A stretch of 40,660 nt of DNA from Octopus bimaculoides (lineage: Eukaryota). Where the stretch lies: the NCBI RefSeq assembly GCF_001194135.2, contig NC_068992.1, positions 24,576,642 through 24,617,301 of the forward strand, read 5' to 3'. Positions 36,136 through 40,660 of this stretch are shown here, piece after piece; position 1 is the stretch's first letter; each line of letters starts with the position of its first letter. The notes beneath the pieces were generated by a model. That model was not told where the DNA came from, searched no databases, and worked only from the letters and a program-made list of their open reading frames with translations. The position numbers were made by a program, and so were the translations under genes.

Positions 36136-36542
36136 CACACAAACACACACACACACAAACAGTAGCAGGGTTCTTTCCTGCAAACTAAAATTTGTCTTTC
36201 CTAGGATCATTTTAAAACTCTTTGATTTTAAGGCTTCGCTTCTTCCTCCATTTGGAATCTCTTTTCAAAATCTTCAGTTCTTAATTATGCCATTCAGCAG
36301 TTCTCAGAGACTGTCAGTGTTGGACTTTTTATTTATTGTTGCTTAGAGAACCACATAAAAAAAAAGGGAAGCTAGGAACCAAATTCTGGTAGACATCTAC
36401 CTGCATGCTAGATTCTTTACAGAACTTATTGCTAACAATCTCCTTGCTGACAATAACTTTGTACACCTTAGGAGTTTTGTTTGTTTGTTGATTTATTTTG
36501 TTTTGCTTCTTTTTTTTTAATCACAAAAACCAGCAATTTCAG

Positions 36543-36570
36543 AAATACTATGTGAAGTGTGTGCAACCAG
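36543..36570 (+). CDS. Candidate 28-nt exon (KYYVKCVQP or ILCEVCAT)
   Basis: caatttcag|...caaccag|gtaagt, consensus donor. Confidence 0.4.
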
Positions 36571-37515
36571 GTAAGTTATTTGATGATGATGATGGTAGAA
36601 AGTGGAAAGTGAGGAAACAGGTGATGAAAATAAGGATGAAAGTTGTTGAATTGACAACAGTGAGAACAGTCAGGATACCATGGTGATGAGATGAAGAGAA
36701 GATGGATAATGATGATGATGATGATGATGATGACAGTCTGATGAAATCTAATTTGAACGAGTGAGATATCATGATCAAGTTTGCTATGAAACTTGATAAA
36801 AACATTAATAAAAAAAGATATTTGACAAATATATATATATATGTAGGGAAATTTTGTCTTAAGTTTCTTTTCTCTGCAAATAGTAAATAGAATGGACACA
36901 AAATTTATTGATAGACTACAATTCTTTGACATGTGTGTGTGTGTGTGTCTACGTATACCTATAACACAATCTAAGCCATTGCAATTTATTCATAGTTGTT
37001 CTTCATGTAGGTTCCTCACCAATGCTAAAACTGCTACTACCATCACCACCATAAATTTGAATTAAACGGAAGCAAAAGAAGTCAACATTCTTTGTGTTAG
37101 TGTCTGAGAAATGAAATTACCTTAATTAGAAAATTTCATTAGCTAAAGTAGTCCTTTAGAAAACAGCCGATGAACAAATGATGCATGCAAGATTTAATTT
37201 CTTATAAAGAATCAACGCTCTTACAAGGTTACATATGGAAGGTAACATTACCATTTCCATTTTATCTTTTACTTGTTTCAGTCATTGGACTGCAGCCATG
37301 CTGGGACATCTTCCCGAAGAATTTTTAGTAGAATGAATCAATCCCAGTACTGATTTTCTTTTTTAAGCTTGGTACTTATTCTATTGGTTTCTATGGCCAA
37401 ACTGCTAAGTTATATGGGATATAAATACACCAATACTGCTTTTATTTTCAAGTGGTGGTCATGGTCAAACAGACAAAATGTCACACACACACACATATAT
37501 ATGCATGTGTATGTA

Positions 37516-37547
<32 letters not shown>

Positions 37548-37550
<3 letters not shown>

Positions 37551-37984
37551 TCATCATCATCATCGTTTAACGTCCGCTTTCCATGCTAGCATGGGTTGGA
37601 CGATTTGACTTAGGACTGGTGAAACCGGATGGCAACACCAGGCTCCAATCTAAATTTGGCAGAGTTTCTACAGCTGGATGCCCTTCCTAACGCCAACCAC
37701 TCAGAGAGTGTAATAGGTGCTTTTACGTGTCACCTGCACGAAGGCCAGTCAGGCGATACTGGCAACNNNNNNNNNNNNNNNNNNNNNNNNNNNNNNNNNN
37801 NNNNNNNNNNNNNNNNNNNNNNNNNNNNNNNNNNNNNNNNNNNNNNNNNNNNNNNNNNNNNNNNNNNNNNNNNNNNNNNNNNNNNNNNNNNNNNNNNNNN
37901 NNNNNNNNNNNNNNNNNNNNNNNNNNNNNNNNNNNNNNNNNNNNNNNNNNNNNNNNNNNNNNNNNNNNNNNNNNNNNNNNNNNN

Positions 37985-38045
<61 letters not shown>

Positions 38046-38380
38046 CACACACACACATATATATACACACACACATATATATATATACACACACATATAT
38101 ATATATATATCCTCACTATCTTCATCATCATCATCATCATCATCCTTTAACATCTGTTGTCCATGCTGGCATCAGTTGGATGGTTTGACTGGGGTGGCAT
38201 GCTGGAAGGCTGTACCACAATCCAGTCTCATTTGGTCTGGTTTTCTACAGCTGGATGCCTTTCCTAACACCAACCACTCCAAGAGTGTAATGTATGCTTT
38301 TACATGTCACCAGCACAGGTGCCATATGTGTGGCACCAGCATCTGCCACAACTGTGATTTTGCTCAGCTTCATGGGTCTT
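37548..38380 (-). mobile_element. Two family C SINE 3' parts ending in (GAT)n, separated by a gap and microsatellite
   Basis: (CAT)n followed by ...CTACAGCTGGATGCC.TTCCTAAC.CCAACCACTC in both 37548-37766 and 38113-38380. Confidence 0.8.
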
Positions 38381-39508
38381 CTTCTCACTCCCCCAAAATG
38401 TTGGGCCTTGTGCCTAGAGTAGAATAGAGGTGTAACTTGTACACAAGTAAATAAGATAATTACAAAATCCCTCTACTTACAGTAAAGCAGATAATTGCAG
38501 CCAGGTAGACTGAGCTACTGGGTGAGTTAATTGTTTCAAGACACGAACGGTTTATCGATCAGTTTATTGTAGCAGTTTTTTTCTCACTTCTTGATTGGAG
38601 AATTACACTGAGAGGCAAATACGTAGTAAGTAGAAGTACAAGAGATGAGATTAAAAATTGTTATTTAAATCTTTAAAATGAGGAGATTTGATAGATGTAA
38701 AGACAAATGATATGAGATAGCCAACGGAACAAACAACCAGTGACTCGTCTCCTCCACTATTTATATGTCTGAGATAAGGAGTTGCTAATGCGATTACAAT
38801 TTCTCAGACTATTAATCTCATCGAGGCTGTCTGCTCCATACTCCTCTGCCTAGCTGTAACTATATTATTGTAATTATGTTATTATTATTATTACTCTTGG
38901 TGGTGAGCTAGTGGAATTGTTAGTTTGCCAAACAAAAATTCTTAGTGGCGTTTTATCCATGTTTATATTGTGAGTTCAAATGCTGCTAGGATCAAATTTG
39001 TTTTTATTTCAGGTATTTCAGGGGCTCCGATAGGGGTCTCAGTGTGTAGTGTCCCTGCTTTCTTGGGCTAGTTTTCCACCACATATCTTAAAAATAGTGG
39101 TTAGAGGCCTTGGTCTCGAGACCACTCATGTCTAGAAACTGAGGTTGGGGGTAAGCAAGGGCATGCTACCCGTAGAAAAACCAGCTTCAAAAAAAGCCTT
39201 GTGACAGCAAACAAGAAAGGGGAACCAGTCAGTTCAAAGGTTGGGGTGGGCTGCACCTGCCTACCTTGGTTGCTATGCCATTGAAGTAGATCTGGCCACC
39301 CCCATTAATGGGGACAAAACCCAGATTTAAAACACTGGATGGTGATGATGATGATGATGACAGATGTCACTAAAATTAGAACCAGCTGAGCACTGGGGCT
39401 GATGTAGTCAACTTGTTCCCACTCCAAGAAATTACTGACTTTGTGCTAAACTTTGAAATCATTCTTCTTCTTCTTCTTCTTCTTATTATTATTATTGCCT
39501 TTTCACAG

Positions 39509-39563
39509 CTTCTAATGCTGGAGATGTATTACAGCGTCAGCTGTTCACTAACAGTGAACTAAG
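39509..39563 (+). CDS. Candidate 55-nt exon (SNAGDVLQRQLFTNSEL)
   Basis: gccttttcacag|...ctaag|gtaaca; only one open frame (phase 1 to 2), compatible with 36543-36570 read as phase 0 to 1. Confidence 0.5.
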
Positions 39564-40273
39564 GTAACACCACTTATTCTCATCCAAAATGAACATGAGT
39601 ACCAATATACCCATGTGGTACACTTGAAAAATTGTAAAGAATTTCTTTGTTTTCATGAAACCATTGGTAACCTTCACTCACAAATTAAAAAATATATGCA
39701 CACACGCATACACACACACACACACACACACACTGACGTTACCCTAAAAGTGTTGAAATTATGCTAATTTAAGACATCCTTGTCATCATCATCATCTTCA
39801 TTATTTATTAATTTTTATTATTATTAATCAAATGTCTAAATGTCTGAGATGAGTGGTTGTTAATACGATTATAACTTTTCAGACTTTTAACCTAACTTTG
39901 AAGATGAAACATTTTCCAATATTTACATCTACTCTCTTTCAATTGGTTTGATCTCTGATCATCATGGGAAGTCAAACTGATTAAAATGTGAAGTAGACAT
40001 GAAGTAAAAACAAAAAAATTAGGAATTTTTATCTCTAACGATGAGGTTAATAGACTGAAAAATATAATCTTATTAATCTTTATATTATTATTATCATCAT
40101 CATTATTTAATTTTAAGGGATATTATATCATTATGTTGTATTGTATCATTACAATATGTATTATTGCACTGATGTCATATATATATCTATTAAACTATCT
40201 ATCTCTCAATCTATCAAGCTATATGCATCTATCTCTCTCTCAATCTATTTCTCAATCTATCTATCTATCTATC

Positions 40274-40341
<68 letters not shown>

Positions 40342-40344
<3 letters not shown>

Positions 40345-40524
40345 TTGAAATTTACAGAAAAACAAAAGACGAGGAGAAGTGTATGAACAACAAGCATGTG
40401 TATTAGTTTGATGCTCAGAAAAGTGATAAAGTTTTTTTACATTTTGAGCCTATGCTCGTCAGCAGAGAGGAATATGAGGAAATAAGCAGAGAGAGAATAA
40501 AAATTGTGGATTTAGCAATCAATC
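40342..40524 (-). mobile_element. Second copy of the ~200-bp hammerhead-like element
   Basis: Both ends match 23856-24063 in reverse complement. The fold CTCT-CTGCTGA-C-GAGC-ATAG-GCTC-AAA-ATGT-A lies at ~40434-40468. Confidence 0.7.
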
Positions 40525-40660
40525 ATGGTGACTGATATAGATATACTTCCAATATAAGAATAACATTTTTTGAAAAAGTTTTATCAGTGGCCAGTATACG
40601 AAAAATACCTTTAAAGGTGAAAATTATAAATACAATTATAAATAAAGGAAAAAGGAAAAA

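Noticed and set aside
1887-38427. Numerous long ORFs rich in YI/HT/CV dipeptides or X runs
   Set aside because: They are translations of (TA)n/(CA)n microsatellites and N-gaps, not genes.

Overview
AT-rich, repeat-dense eukaryotic DNA with several N-gaps. From repeat content I infer a coleoid cephalopod (Octopus-like); this is not verified. Almost all listed ORFs are microsatellite or gap artefacts. Supportable content: (i) many tRNA-type SINE copies of at least four families; (ii) three decayed RTE-type LINE 3' fragments; (iii) a 5'-truncated Penelope-like element (PLE) with a GIY-YIG remnant and an inverted copy of its 3' end; (iv) small TTAA (piggyBac-like), hAT-like and Helentron-like non-autonomous DNA elements; (v) short candidate + strand exons of an unidentified intron-rich gene. 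The most interesting signal is in no ORF: at least four unrelated repeat families each carry a minimal type-I hammerhead-ribozyme fold with a self-complementary helix III. They are a tRNA-headed SINE with a hammerhead tail, the PLE 3' repeat (U3-A8 covariant core), a ~515-bp partial tandem, and a ~200-bp element with a target-site duplication. This suggests a guild of PLE-mobilised, ribozyme-bearing non-autonomous elements. All folds were assigned by eye, and activity and novelty are untested.
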